This document shows positions 47,321 through 61,490 of a stretch of 64,000 nucleotides of DNA, piece by piece. Source of the stretch: Lophium mytilinum. Taxonomy: Eukaryota. The notes under the pieces were generated by a model. The model did no database searches. It was given only the letters and a program-made list of their open reading frames with translations, and was not told the DNA's origin. Made by a program: the position numbers and the translations under genes. Every line of letters begins with the position of its first letter. Positions within the stretch are counted from its first letter, which is position 1. The DNA lies in assembly GCA_010093605.1 (NCBI GenBank), contig MU004195.1, positions 806,001 to 870,000 on the forward strand. Direction: 5' to 3'.

Positions 47321-48978
47321 ATGGCGGCCGACTTGGAATCCGCTTATGAAAAGCCGGCCATGTCGGAAGACGGCCAGCAGGACCAACAATCTAGCGAGCC
47401 TGACCAAACAGCAATTGAACAAGAGACAAAGGACAATGTCGTCGACTGGGATGGGCCGGATGATCCCCAAAATCCGCGGAACTGGCCTGCATGGAAACGC
47501 ATGACCCAAGTTGTCTTCGCCGCCACTTTCTTGCTCACTGCGTAAGGCAGCTCCTGCGCTCCTTTGGCGAAGCAAATCCCGTACTGACTAATACACATAC
47601 AGCAACCTCGCCGCGACAATGTATGCACCTGGAGCTGACGCGCTTGCTAATGAGTTCCATATCACGAGCTCCACCATTACCAGTCTCACTGTGTCCATTT
47701 ACCTTGCCGGCTTCGCGGTTGGGCCAATGGTCATTGCGCCGCTATCCGAACTGTACGGACGCCTTGTGATCTACCACACCTGTAATGTCTTTTACATTGG
47801 CTTCATCATCGGATGCGCGCTGAGCAAAAACACCGGCATGTTTCTCGCTTTTCGATTCCTTGCCGGATGTGCTTCTTCGGGCCCATTAACGGTTGGCGGA
47901 GGAACCGTCGCAGACGTCGTCCCGCCAGCTCAGCGTGGGAAGGTGATGTCTGTGCTCTTCGCAGGACCACTTCTGGGACCAGTAGGTGACATTACCCCAT
48001 GCAAACTGCCATGACACTGACGTTCCTTCAAGGTCTTGGGCCCAATTGTTGGTGGCTTCGTGTCCGCATCAATCGGCTGGCGATGGACCTTTTGGATCAT
48101 CCTAATTCTAGTGAGTAGAGCTCAACCCCTAATATTCTCGAGTCGCTGACGGTTCGACCTAGGCAGGAGTATCATTTACGATATCAACCCTTTTCCTCCG
48201 CGAGACCAATGCCGCCGTGCTGCTAGGATGGAAAGCTGCTCGCCTCCGGAAAGAAACTGGCAATGCTGCTTTGGTTTCGAAGATGGATCGAGGCCTGACC
48301 CCCCGCCAGCTATTCCTCCGTGCTATTAGTCGACCAACAAAGCTTCTCATCCTGTCGCCAATCGTACTCCTCCTTTCCCTCCTGTGCGCGTTCCTTTTCG
48401 GCCTCCTCTTTTTGCTATTCACCACGTTTCCCACGGTCTTTGAGGAACAATACCACTTCTCCGCCGGCGTTTCTGGCCTGTCATATCTCGGCGTTGGACT
48501 TGGAATGGGCGTCTCACTCGTAGTCTTTGCCACCTTGAGCGACAAGATGCAAAAGGCACTTGGAGATTCGCCCGAACCGGAAGGACGCTTGAAGCCCATG
48601 ATGTGGGTCATGCCCGCCGTCCCCGTCGGCATCTTCTGGTACGGCTGGGCAGCCGAGAAGCAGACTCATTGGATCGTGCCCATCATCGGCACCTCCTTCT
48701 TTGGATTCGGCTTTCTCTGGGTCATAATGCCAACTCAGCTCTACATGGTGGATGCTTTTGGCCCTGAGGCTGCCGCTTCTGCGTTGGCTGCGAACGCGAT
48801 TGTCCGACTTCTCTTTGCAGCTTTCATTCCGTTGGCAGGACCGCCTTTGTATGCAGACCTAGGACTTGGGTGGGGAAATAGCGTCCTAGGTTTTATAGCC
48901 GTGGCTTTTCTCCCAGTGCCGCTACTCTTCTATCGTTACGGAGGGTGGCTTAGGGAGCGTTTTGCTGTGAAGCTATAA
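47321..48978 (+). CDS. MFS drug:H+ antiporter (DHA1 family)
   Basis: [41 protein letters not shown]; introns near 47542-47602, 47982-48031 and 48111-48162. Confidence 0.93.
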
Positions 48979-50021
48979 TGCTTCATGTTGAGGTAGAGGT
49001 ATTATAGATCTGTTTTCCCGGAGCCCGTGTTCGCGAAGTACAGATGAGGCAGAAGCGCAATGCCGGGCCGGAAAAAGGCAAGCGTGATGGACAGCGGCCT
49101 ACGAGCCTGCGACCAGGAAGCACACCAGATCATAAAGGTTTGCTGCGTCTCACGTCGCCTTGAAATCAATACCTCATATTTTAGATTTCGCTGTGTTATA
49201 GGCGTTTCCCCTTTCGGAATAAGTTGAATTACTAGTACTTCTATATTGGGATTAGTGTTGTGTTAGCGTGTTGGTGTAGCGAACCATTCCAATTCACGTG
49301 ACATGCAACCGAGCGAAACCACTCAACGTGCGCTCCACATAGCAGCGAAGGCGATCGCGACGACCAAAGGTGTAGAAAAGTAAAGCTACACATAGCAGTC
49401 ATGAAGCTTGATTAGAAGAGGATGGGAAGAGCAGGGGACAGTCCAGTGGAAATGACAATGATAACGCGGCTGCAGGAAGTTTCGAACCGCGTAAGTTGAA
49501 TCCAGATCCGGGCCAGATGCGTTTGGCAATAAAGCTGCTAACAAGGCATCCTCAAAGTCTTGGAGTCTTAGGTTTCGGAAGAATAGAATGTGTGGACGCA
49601 CACGCTAGATTGTTGGCTGCAGCTACCCAGTGCTCAGATCAGGCTGAGGTTCAGCCTTGCAGATGGTGGTTGAAAAAGTGATGTGTCGGTGCCTTAGGTG
49701 CGATGGTATTTATCCGACTCTTGTGATTGGGCTGAGCGGAGACAGCACTAATTCCGACTGGATGCTTCGCGCACAAGGCTCATGCACTTCGTCAGCACAT
49801 AGCGATCTACACTTCTGTCCGAGCCAACCAAGTGCCCGTGAGGCTTTCCCCTTAGCATCATGGCTGATAAGGCATCTGTTTCCGCCAAGAAAGGACTACT
49901 TCCCTCTCCCCGCACGCTAACTTCCAGCGCGCCTTGCAGGCTTCAGTCCCTGTGAGCACTGATGCTCAAGTACCTCGCCACTCTTCTCCGAGCATGAATC
50001 ATTGAATCTACTTCCACAAAG

Positions 50022-52697
50022 ATGGAGAGAATGACTCGTTCGCATTTCCTTTTGAATGTCATCGTAATCTTCTTTCTTTCTTGCCTCGGCACGTCCGCTC
50101 CTACAGACGAGAAGCTTCCTGGTTCACCATTTCCTGCACAAGGCTTGCCGCGATATACCTCCACTTCCGTACGAAAAGTTCTAGCAACTCCCATCGAGCA
50201 ATTACACTTGCATGTCCTTGCGCGGGACCTTCAATCTGGAGTAATAGACGCCGCGCCCTCAGCAATCTCTATTCACTCCTTCTCCCCAGCTCTCGCTATC
50301 AAGGCAAGCGCTACTATTACCCAGACCCCAGTCTTGTTCGTTTCAGATGGAACTACAGTCTCTGAGTTACCACATATGTCTCAATATTGCGGATTCTATA
50401 ATGGAGACTGTAAGTGACCATTGATTGTTACAGCAAATAACTTTGAAAAGCTCATTATTTAGTGAAACAAGCGTTATTCTGCACGTCGTCTGAGGCTTGC
50501 AATTTTCACGGCACACTCATGTGCTGTGGCGATTCATGTCCCACAACTTGTGCTAATTATGACGACTGGCCGCATAATCATCGTGATACGAGGATGATAA
50601 TAACAGATGGGACTATGCTATGGTAGTATGCTTATGCACTTCTTCAACCTGTCTAACTAGGCTGCAGTAACTTTTATACCCGTGATTGTGAAACTGGTAC
50701 CATGGTCGGGCCTTTTAGTACGTTCGACTGTACGATGGATCCGGCAATGACCACACGCTACACAGGCCTGGTCTACACCCATCATAAGAGCATTCAGCCG
50801 GTGGACGCTGTGCTTTCATCCTATTCTATGTATACATGTAAGTTCCTCAGGAAACTCAACTTTGGGATTGGATGTTTTGAACTGGAACAAACACAGTGAC
50901 CTTCCAGTCCTCCTACGACGGAGTTTACAATATACTCCCACCAGCACCTACTGACCCTGTGGAGATGCTCTCCGTTTTCAAGAAGAGTCCCCCACGTTGT
51001 GTCGAAAACATGACTGAATTATGTCCTGAGCTGTACTCCTCGGCCTACCTTTGCTCGAATCCGTTCAACGTCACCATTTCTGGCCGCGACTGTTATTGCG
51101 TTCTGCTACTCGCAAATGCCTGCCCGGGCCTCTGCATAGAAGGACGACAGCCTGACGAGTACCTTGGCTGGACAGTGCCGATGTGCGACGATGGGAGTGT
51201 CTTTGCGAACTCTGCAGCGTTCGGGAATGCGGCTCTATTTGCGAACGTTTCAAAGAGCCCTTCAATAAACGCGGCATTCATTGCGGGTGTGAAGAATTTC
51301 AATGCTACGTGGAAAGAACTCTGGCCGATTTACAAGAACATGAGTGAGACGGCATACCTGAACATCATTCCGTGGAAGTGGAGTCTTGAACCTCAGAATA
51401 TGGCCGAGACAGGCTGGTCTACGAATATCACCGTCCAGACTATGAATATCACCTGTCCTTCTGCAAAAGACAAGCTTTTGATATTCGCTATTCCTAATGT
51501 CATCACGTTTGGTAGCTCAATCGTCCTAGCCAATCGGAAAGTCGCGCAGTTCGTTACTTGCACGCTAGGCGGGAAGAAAGGAAGTCAAGGCTGGGCAAGC
51601 ATGGCGATACTTGGTGTTTTTCTCGACCTCATTGCCACCTACATCAACGCGAGATATGTGAAAAAGCAGCCTGGCTATGGAGACGTCGATATCGGCAAAC
51701 TTTTCCTGATCTGGACTACCAGGCCGAGACTTGGCTGGCCTGTTGTTGTCTGGACGCTCCTTTTCGACATGACTGACTACATTTCAGCCGCCATAGCTTT
51801 ACCTCTCACAGAGGTGATCCTCCAGATCATTGGAGTCGCGTACATTGGTTGGACCATTGATGCCGGACGTCGAGAGGGCTACTCCAGCTTGCAGCAAAGC
51901 TTTGACAAATCCGACGGCCGGATGATGTTAGCAGGAGCTATCATGGCACTCTTGGGAATTGTGTTCGCGCTCATTTCGGCTCTCATCATTTACACTCCTA
52001 TTGGCTGGAAACTCGTCGACGACTTCCAGCGGGCTGCTTGGTTCTCCGAACAGTGCTTCACTTCTATTGGCCGTTTAATCCTAGCGCCGGTCAAAACCAC
52101 ATGCGACTTCGTCATCCCACTTTCCTTGGTAATTTGGGGTCTGAGCCTTCGGCTTTACTACTATGTCGCCTGGATACTCAGCAAGCTCGTTCCTGGGTGG
52201 CGTCGGGAGAAACCAAAACTCAGACCACTCTCAAATGTGTGGAGAAATCACAGACCTGCGTGGACGACAGGTACTGAGATCATGACTAGAAGAGAACGCG
52301 AGGCTCTGACGCAGGAGGAGGTTCTCGTCCAGATGGGCTTTTCCAATGAGCTTCCAAAGAGATTGGTCTACCACGCAATGGCAAGCGTCTTCCCGTATTT
52401 TTGCGGACAGGAAGAACTGACTGAGAATATAGCTTCTTGTCGTACCATACCTTGGCCAATGGCTGTTCTGGGCAGGATTTGTCAGGCTGTCGCAGGACCA
52501 CTACGTTAGTCTATTGCGGGTATAGAGTGGCATTCCGGCGTTTAGCTGACACATAGCAGTGTCCTCCCAAGTGGGGCTATTTAACCGCTGTGTGGAGCGT
52601 TTTCTCTTGCGTATGTAAGTTTACACGCTCATCATCCATCTCGTGGACGATTGGTAACCGTTATCTCTCAGCTGTGTTCTTAAGCGCGGCAGTATAA
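50022..52697 (+). CDS. Hypothetical membrane protein with signal peptide, Cys-rich ectodomain and multi-TM C-terminal half
   Basis: Signal-like N-terminus, several short Cys-rich exons, long exon ORF 50896-52380 (LIWTTRPRLGW), then spliced GQWLFWAGFV and CPPKW exons. Boundaries approximate. Confidence 0.65.
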
Positions 52698-53569
52698 TCC
52701 CAACGTTACTATGGAACTTCAACGGACACATGCGCGTTTTCGGAGCCGTGGGCTAAACAAATTGGAGTTAGCTTTTGATTTTGAAGGATGTATATACATA
52801 TAAATCGCCACCCTATGGTATGAGAGGTGAGTCGTCTAATCATACGTCTGATGCACCGACATCGATAGTAATGTCTTTTGGAGCCCTTGTCCCTGTTTGA
52901 ACCAAAGATTGTGGTTTCTTCCTCATTACGAGCAAATTGAGCATTCTTATGTCAACTCTACTTTGCCGCCAGGAGGCGTGGTGACTGATCAGTTCGATGC
53001 AATGTCACGCGACGAGCTCCACAACTACGTACTTCGGAAAGCGCTGTTCGGAGCGCGGGATCAATTCATACATCCCGCCTCAAGCTATATGCCCCATCGT
53101 GCCCCGACTGAAAGGAGTCTGCGTCTTCCAGCTCAATAAAGTCCGATTTTACAAACTCCTCATTTGACTTGAAGGGGAGTTCCTATTTCCGAGGCACTGT
53201 GAAGGGCCTGCGATTAGGTCTAGCTGCAATCACCTTGGCAAGCGTGGCGGGCTAACACGTTACACATGTATTGGAGACTGGTAAATATGTTAGAACGGAA
53301 GCGAACGTATGTAACAGATCGTTTGTCGTTTACTTAAGATTTAGGGCCCTAGAAAGTGGTCCGGGAACGGGCCACCGGGCCTTCCACGAGGCACGATCAG
53401 TGGACCCTAGTTCTAACCCTCTCTGTGCTAGCCCCTTACTAGCGAACGCTTACTCAGCCGCCTCTGTCAGGCTGTATAATCTCACTCCCGATCTTACGTA
53501 CACCATCTTGCAGCCAGCTACTACTTCGACGCTAGCTATTACTATTATGTACCTTAGAAGCAGGGAAAG

Positions 53570-56177
53570 ATGGCCAATCTCTGCTCAGCCTGTGCACAAA
53601 TCCGGTTCTTAGATCTCTGCTGCCCAACGGCGCCTGACATTCACTCAGCCCGCAAAGCGCAAAAAGCCAACCTTAAATACTTCAAAGCTCCTCCATTCCG
53701 CGTTTTCTCTGCAGAACATTCTCCCCCAGACCAAATCGTACCCCTCGGCTCGTTAGGACAAATCCGCAGGAGTAGCACGCAGTGCAGCCTTTGCTACCTG
53801 ATTCATCGAGTTATCAGGCATCGTGGAGCCTATATTCTAGGAAATCGGCCTATTCAAGACGATGATGATAACATCATTTTCTTCGCGATCACAGGTATCC
53901 TCGCTAGCTACGGAAATGTTACGGAGTCAATGAGCGATACTACTGCGAATGGTTGCCCAGACAAATTATTTGATTTTCGCCGACTTTGCTTGACTGTGCA
54001 CTTTAAGGAAGATACAGTGTTTGAGGGAATTTTTGTGGAGCATTACAGAGCGCTCGCGTTTTACAACCATATTGCGCAGGTCTGTCATGTAGACTCCTTT
54101 GAAGGAGATTCCGGTGCTAAGCTCCTAATCGGCAATACGGCCTCGGAGTTTGAAAATCCACGAATGCTGTTCAGTGGTAGGAAGCGCCCAGACACGGTCG
54201 ACATCAAACTTTTGCGTAATTGGATGAGCATTTGCAATACGGAGCACACCGCGAGCTGCTGTGAAGAATCAGAAAGTGAAGATATGTAGGTTTGCATTCC
54301 ACCATCTCAGGCTATATTTGAAACGTGTTTAACGATTCTAGAATAACTCCTTGTAAATTGATTCGCCTGATCCACGTCGATCACCTTTGTTTGCATGTTC
54401 TGCGAGATGTTGATCTAGGCGATCTCCAATACGCGGCTTTAAGCTACGTCTGGGGCGGTCCACAGCCGGTCATCCTCGAAAAAGGCAATGAGGACCATTT
54501 TCAGCGTAAAGATGCTCTGTCAGGAACCGATTTGCCACAGACGATCTTGGATGCCATCCACTTGGCCCGGCTGCTGCAAATCAAGTACCTCTGGGTTGAT
54601 GCCCTATGCATTTTTCAAGGTGGGAGTCCGAGCGAGATTGAGGACCGGCAATATCAACTCAGCAACATGGGAAACATTTATCGCGCAGCCCTTGTCACGA
54701 TCATCGCAGCATGCGGCGCAAACTCAAACGCCGGCCTATCTGGTCTCCGTCCTGGATCACGATCCTTCGTTCAAGAAATCGTGCAGCTTGTCCCCTCAGA
54801 TGATGATTCCGTTCACGCTGGGTTGGGGCTCGTTACTACCTGCACTGCTCGGCCCGCGTGGACTGGATGGGGGCAAGATCAGGATTCTTTCCACGACGAT
54901 ATAGATATCAGTGCATGGAACACAAGAGCCTGGACGTTCCAAGAGCGCTGCCTCGCGCGCCGCTCTCTCGTCTTCACCCCTGAACAGGTCTTTTGGGTTT
55001 GTGACGAGGCGTTCTTTTGTGAAGAGTCGAGCTTCGAGGATCCAAAACTATACAAGAAGGGCAGTTTCGACATGCCACTTCACGTGGAGCTATACGGTTC
55101 TAGATTTCACCCTTTGGCGTGGAAGACTATCGACGGACCGCTGGCTCAAATGACGACTACACGCCAAAACTTCTGGACCCGCTACTCACTTATCGTTCAA
55201 GAGTACTCAAGCCGAAAGCTGACCTGTCCTGGAGATATCTTTGATGCTTTTGAGAAGATTGAAGAAGCGTTCCATCGCATTTCTGGCGAGACTTTTCAAT
55301 GGGGCCATCCAAAGTCGAGGTTTGGCGTTTCGTTGGCATGGACATCGCCTTCATATATTTATACGCTACTGCGCCGCTCCGCAACGACTACACTTCCGAT
55401 GACGTCGTTGAAAAAAACTGTTGTGCTACCTAGTTGGTCATGGATGGGCTGGATGGGAGTCATCAATCTTGGTGCCACTGATGAGAGGCTGGAATGGTAA
55501 GTGTGCTTCCATTTTTCTTGGTGACTTCTTCTGACAAGGAGAACCCATCTAGCGAGACTTCCGACATCAAGATCTTCGAGCATTACAGCTACCCTCTCCA
55601 CATCGTGCCAGTCGTAGGCAGCAACCGCTTCGAATCCCAAGCCTCCGGCTACGGGAGCCTGAAAGATTGGTCTCCCGATATACCTCTACCACCTTATCGA
55701 CAGAAGACAAGTAAGATTGATGTCTCATGGGATGACATACAATCCCACCTCCCAGACATCACCGAAGCCAAGTTACATGGCACTCCAGATGGCCACATCC
55801 TCTTTTTCTGGGCCTCGTCTGCATTCTTCACCGTAGAACCACCCGCTAATCTGGATATCGACATGAAAATGCTTTCCATGCGCGAAAATGCAGCAGAAAG
55901 GAAGCCGAGAGTCTTGAACGCCCAAGGTACCGCAGTTGGGACACTAGATAGGATGGGCAAGGAGCATTGGGCTGATTGTCAGACTGCGTGTTCCCGTGAA
56001 CAATTTGTGGTTGTCGTAAGGAGGGCGTTTCCTCAATTGCCGGATATACCGGCTGTGGTTTTGGCACTGCAGATTCGATGGGAGGACGGTGTTGCGTATC
56101 GTGTCAATATTGCGGAGATTGATGAGGGGGCTTGGATGGAGGCGACACCGGAGTGGAAATTAATCGCACTTATGTAA
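53570..56177 (+). CDS. HET-domain (heterokaryon incompatibility, TOL-like) protein
   Basis: YAALSYVWG, LPQTILDAI, YLWVDALCIFQ, MGNIYRAALVTIIAA, WNTRAWTFQE, PSWSWMGW; in-frame introns 54286-54341 and 55497-55552. Confidence 0.92.
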
Positions 56178-56619
56178 AGTAGTAGTACCGGGGGGTTCAA
56201 AGTGGCCTCATCGCCTCCTGATTCAAGCATCCCTCCCTCGAAAAGCAGGTTTTTCCCCTAAAGCCCCTCGCGTACGCGGAGTTTTTGTGGACAACGCGGA
56301 CCATTCCAGCTGTTCTATCATAGCGTCTCCCAAGCGTACCTTTGAAGGCTCTGATCTCCCTCCACAGCCCCTCTTCTTCCTCGATGAGTCTCATCAAACA
56401 AAAGTCTTCGCCAAAGCCCTTCAATGCCACAAACGTCTTCTAGCCTCCAAGTCTAAACTCAGGGCTTTCTCATGCTGCTTCAATCGACAGTTGAGTGAAC
56501 TTTTCAGCCTTGAGTAAACTCCCTGCATGAGTCTACAATAGTGCAGAAGAAGGAATGTGGATCCCCAAACCGCCTTGTTTTGATTCACGGAGGGTAATTT
56601 CGTTCGCACACGAGACGGG

Positions 56620-59082
56620 TCAGAATCTTGTCCGAGGAGGCTGATTTAAGTCCATGTTTGAAAGCTCGATATCGGAGGAATACCGGAAGTCGCGGTAATG
56701 CCTTGAGCGCACAGAGTCGCTGCTAGATAACGATGCAGAAGGTAAATGTTCCTCTACACGTATAAGAGGGCTTTTGGCGCTGTCTTCACTGCGGATATTG
56801 GGAGTCTCGTCATCGACGTCTTGGTTGATTGTGTGGTGGGCAGAGACTAAACGTGGATGATTCCGAGTGATGTCGAGAACACCCAAAATCTGGTTTTTCT
56901 CGGTGACAGGAATGCTCTCCGCCGTCTTCGACCAGGTACCCAAGCCAAGACTTTCATGGGCAATTCGCTGGAGCTGCAGAGTGGAGTTGGCCTGCCATTC
57001 AAGCGTTGCGTAGGCGCTTTTGCTATTTTGGAGGCCGCGGATTTTGTTCATCAATTTCGCTACATCCTTAAGAAACAGGGCTAGTAGCATGATGAAGCCG
57101 CCCACACAGAGGATGATGGACATGCCGAGGATGCTAAAAGAATAATAGCGAGAGCTTTTGATCTTCTATTGGCCCGAATTAGAAGGATGCGTTACTGAGG
57201 CCGGATCTGACTGACTTGGGTTTTGCACTTTTTGATACATCTCGGTTCAGATTCCGTGCAAATGTCGCCTCCCACCAACATATCGCCCATCGCATCCTCG
57301 ACTAAGGAAGATTGGAGGGAGGCAAGAGTCGCTTGGAAGGAGTGCTCCATCTCTTGTTGCCACCTGTTTGAAGGGATTGGATTCGTCTGCCACGGCCCCA
57401 AGAGTGTGAATCTCGTTAGCAGTACAGGCAAGCCAGCTCCAACATAGAACGTCTCCGGGTAGGCGGAAGTTCCGACATGTATAGGTGCAATTGTGCCTCC
57501 GAGTATGGCTTGCTCTTTCTCATCGGGCCAGAGCTCAGAAAGAAGATCTAGATTAGACTGCTCCAAACTAATAACGCATCGCTTGCCGTCCTGAAGTTCT
57601 GGATTGCAGTAAAATCTCTGCGTCGCGCAACCTAGCACGCCAGCTGGCTCGTTGGCAACAAAGTACTGGTCTAACCCAGGATTTTCCTCTCTTATATCGG
57701 CATTCATGGTTCCCAGTGTCGTGGCAGCGAACCAAGGATCGTCAGTTTTGTCCATGTACAGAATTCCGGACGATTCCAGGAAGAGGAGAGAAAGACGAGC
57801 ATCAGAACGGTTGAGCTGCGGTATGGGGGAAAACAAGTGTCGTAAGCTAGGGCTGGTGATTGTAGCACTGTATGTTATTAGCCATGTTTTGATAATGCCA
57901 GCAATACAACGCTAATGTGCTACTTGCAACGCATATTGAAAACAAATGCTTCGTCTAGGTTAGGGTGTACATAAGTGCCACTCTTACTTGAGCTGATCTC
58001 TTAGATCAAAGTTTGCGTAGCAATAACTCACCTCAGTCCATAATCGGCCATCTTCGAACGGAACATTGTACTGCTGGAATATGGTAGCGATGTGTTTAGC
58101 TGCACTTCATAAATAAACTGATCTTCATCTCCTGCTGGCTGGGATAGGGTTGCTCTCCCGTAATAGTATCGCATGAAATGAAGTGAAGGATTTTGCTGAT
58201 CCGTATGAAGTCTACTGTAGCCACGTGTAACAAGCGGGGCACAGTGCCGTGTGGAACGAACTAGAAATCGAGGGCCCTGGTTCACACCAAGATCGTTGAT
58301 GCTATCCAGGTATCCCGTGTCGAGAAACAAATTTTGATATTTCGAGACGCACATTTCGTCCGAAAAGGGACAGCTTGCGTTCGAGTCTACTGTGTAAGCG
58401 AGTTCGGGTTTTACAAAGGTCTGGCATTTTGTGGAACGACTTTGGTCTGTCCTTCGATAGCACTGTAGTGCATAGGATAGATAGTTCGTGAGCTTGGGTG
58501 CCTGATTGGACAGGAGAGGAATGTCGTCTTCAGATTTAGTGAAGTTTTCACAGAACTTGCCCGACATCAAGACTTCGTTGGCTGTTTTCGTTGTAACTCG
58601 TGAGGAGAGTATACCTGGCGTCCCGTAAGTTTTCGTGCAAGCATTGCTAACACACCAGTTGAGTGGGAAACCGCAGCCCTACCTGCAGTAGCGAAAGTTG
58701 CAGCCACTATTAAAGAGACCACCAGAACTGGGAGAGTCCGTCTCCAGATTCTTTGCGCTCGTTCTCTCCATGCTACGCTGGCAAGGATGAGAGTTATAGC
58801 AGCATCGGGAGCCGATTGCGAATTACGTAACACAGCCTGTCTCTGGTGATAGATGCCGTCTGACGCTGCAGGGGAAGAGTATATGTGATGGAGACTGGAA
58901 GAGACAAGTTTCCAAAAGCTTCTACCGGTTGTGCCCACGTATAAGGCGAGAAATGCGATTAGGAGCCCGCCGCTTTGCCGGTCGAGTGTGAGAGTCGCGC
59001 CATATATTGATCCAAACGATCTGTTGATCCATATCCCAGTATATACGTCGTTATCGGGATTCGCTACTAGCCCTGTTGCCAT
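56620..59082 (-). CDS. Fungal hypothetical membrane protein (multi-exon)
   Basis: VYTGIWINRSFGSIYGATLTL..LLIAFLALYV; DGIYHQRQAVLRNS; Cys-containing lumenal region; C-terminal TM followed by EWQANSTLQLQRIAHE. Family recalled as widespread and uncharacterised. Confidence 0.75.
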
Positions 59083-60112
59083 TCTCCTCGTTCCGTACTG
59101 GACCCTTGGCGAATGGAGTAACGAATGGAGGCAATTATGGATTAAAAGGTTAGAAATATGGGCGAGGCTGCATATGTACAGATCGTTTACATAGGGCGGG
59201 AAAGGCTTTGACATTTGTTTTTTGAGGCGCCGACTGTGGGGTCCAATTGCCGCTTGAGGCTGTGCTCGTCTACCGTATGTACTGAGATTGTTGAGACGGG
59301 GCTCTTGGCACCGCTATCTTAAGCATACCTGTTCCAGCGTATCAGCTCGCCGCGATCGAGCTGAAATGTGGGCCTGTCGGCGCCTGACAGCCCGATCTTG
59401 GACCAGCAGTAACTCGGATAGGTTTAGGCACGCCAAGAGCCCCGTCTCAACAATCTCAGTACATACGGTACATTCAGGTTGCTGCTCCGCTGTCAAAACG
59501 CTAGTGGAGGATTTCAGCGCAACCAACTGCCTACGCTATCCTGGGAAGCTCATACGCGCAGTAGCACTAATTTGGTGTCTTACTGCACACCAATGGTTGC
59601 AGCAGAAACCTCAGTAGCATATACTAAAGGTACTTGGCAGAGGCATACTAGATATACATAGAACAAAGGGGGGCGTAGAAAGAAGAAAAGGGGGGGTTTT
59701 TAGCGAGCCCGAATCCGCAGCATTTGTGCCAAGCTACCCTCGCGGGTAGATCGCTACCTAGGATATATCGTAGCGCCGGCCCCCAAGGTCTTGGCATGCT
59801 CTTGACCATGTTAATCTTAGACCAGGGCTAGTGCTTACGGTATGAAACACCGTAAAGTGCCTAGGAGTTGCTGCCTATATCGCAACAGATCCCGAGTCCT
59901 CCCCATGTTTTGCGCCTTCAACTTAGCAATGCTAAGCAGAGCAACCAAACAACACTGAATTTTGGAATTGAAGTTGCGTCACGCCAGAACGGAGGGCGCA
60001 ATACCCTGGTTTATGTGGACTGAAGTTAGACTGAAAGCTGGCCTTGTACGAATTATAACGACAACTCCCATTCACCGGTCTTGGGCCTTGTGTCTAGATT
60101 TCGACATAGAAA

Positions 60113-61474
60113 ATGCGGCTCCTCAATGTCTACGACTTTAAGATCGAGTCTGGATTTCCAGACCGGGATCTCGCAGACGCACAAAGTCAGCTTTGGCACC
60201 AAACGCCTTCCGCAGCAGCACACATGCCTAATTACGCGATTCTTTCCCATCGATGGATAGGCCAAGAAGTCACGTTCCAGGATTTCCAATCTGTTCCTAG
60301 ATCCCAGCTTCAGGATCTCCCGCCTCGAAACCCTGAGCCCCTGGTTCTCGATGGCAGTCCGCAAACGGTACAAGGCAACCGGTCGTCCATATTCAAAATC
60401 GCAGGCGCATGCAATAAAGTCCGCGAAACAGACCATGCAACCGTCCAACACATATGGATAGATACCATATGCATTGATAAATCCAACGCGCAGGAGCTGA
60501 GTACTTCGATCAATTCAATGTTCCGCTGGTATAAAAATGCTGAGGTCTGCTACATCTACCTCTTTGATGTGTCTTGGGATGGTTCGAACAATTCCTCTTT
60601 CCGTGACCAGTTCCTCCGCAGCGAATGGTTTCTACGTGGATGGACATTACAAGAACTCCTCGCGCCGAAGCAGCTCCGATTCTTCGACAGAGATTGGAAA
60701 TACATAGGATCCAAAGACGACCTCGTTGCTGAAATTGCAAACGCAACGCATATCGAAACTGAGCACCTACTAGGCAACTTTCGCTCCGCCAGCCTCGCGC
60801 AGAAAATGAGCTGGCTAGCGGGCCGCACCACGACGGTCATCGAAGATCGGGCATACTGCATGCTTGGTATCTTCGGTATATATCTTGAGGCTCGATATGG
60901 ACAGGGCGAGGATGAGTTCCTACGGCTCCAGGAGGAAATCTTGAGGAATTGGGACAAAGAAGAGCCGTTCGATGAGTCACTATTCGCCTGGACAGCAAAG
61001 GAGATTGAATCAAGTGAACTGCTTGCCCCCGCACCGGGCTGTTTCCGGAGCGCCGGAAATCTTTTATTTGATCGCAAACTAGCGAAGCGACGTGGGGTAC
61101 AGTACCAAGAGGGGATTGACATCGATGCGGCAAAGCAGATGACCTTCAATGTACCACGGAGTGTTCCAATCCCTCAAGTGGCAATGTTCTTCACTTGCGG
61201 TATCCCTTACTGGTTCACAATGTTGCCAAAACGAATTTACCAGGATGCTCAGCAGCACCTCGAAGTGAAGCTGAACTGTTGGAGAAGAGGACAAGACGGA
61301 AGACTGTATGCGGTGAAAATCAAAATGGAGCAAACTGCGGGCGGGAAATGGCGTCGTGTGGAATGCGACAGGCTTTACGACTCCACCTCGCTCAAGCTTT
61401 ATCCATCACGAAAAGTTGCGCTCACCGAATTGAAGTCGCTGAAAATCCCGCGCGTGGTTAAGTACAAGTCTTGA
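60113..61474 (+). CDS. HET-domain protein (HET-E-type N-terminus, no NACHT/WD40)
   Basis: MRLLN, YAILSHRW, IWIDTICIDKSN..ELSTSINSMFRWY, SEWFLRGWTLQELLAP, EDRAYCMLGIF, SLFAW. Confidence 0.93.
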   Translation: MRLLNVYDFKIESGFPDRDLADAQSQLWHQTPSAAAHMPNYAILSHRWIGQEVTFQDFQSVPRSQLQDLPPRNPEPLVLDGSPQTVQGNRSSIFKIAGACNKVRETDHATVQHIWIDTICIDKSNAQELSTSINSMFRWYKNAEVCYIYLFDVSWDGSNNSSFRDQFLRSEWFLRGWTLQELLAPKQLRFFDRDWKYIGSKDDLVAEIANATHIETEHLLGNFRSASLAQKMSWLAGRTTTVIEDRAYCMLGIFGIYLEARYGQGEDEFLRLQEEILRNWDKEEPFDESLFAWTAKEIESSELLAPAPGCFRSAGNLLFDRKLAKRRGVQYQEGIDIDAAKQMTFNVPRSVPIPQVAMFFTCGIPYWFTMLPKRIYQDAQQHLEVKLNCWRRGQDGRLYAVKIKMEQTAGGKWRRVECDRLYDSTSLKLYPSRKVALTELKSLKIPRVVKYKS

Positions 61475-61490
61475 TATCTTTAGCAGTAGT

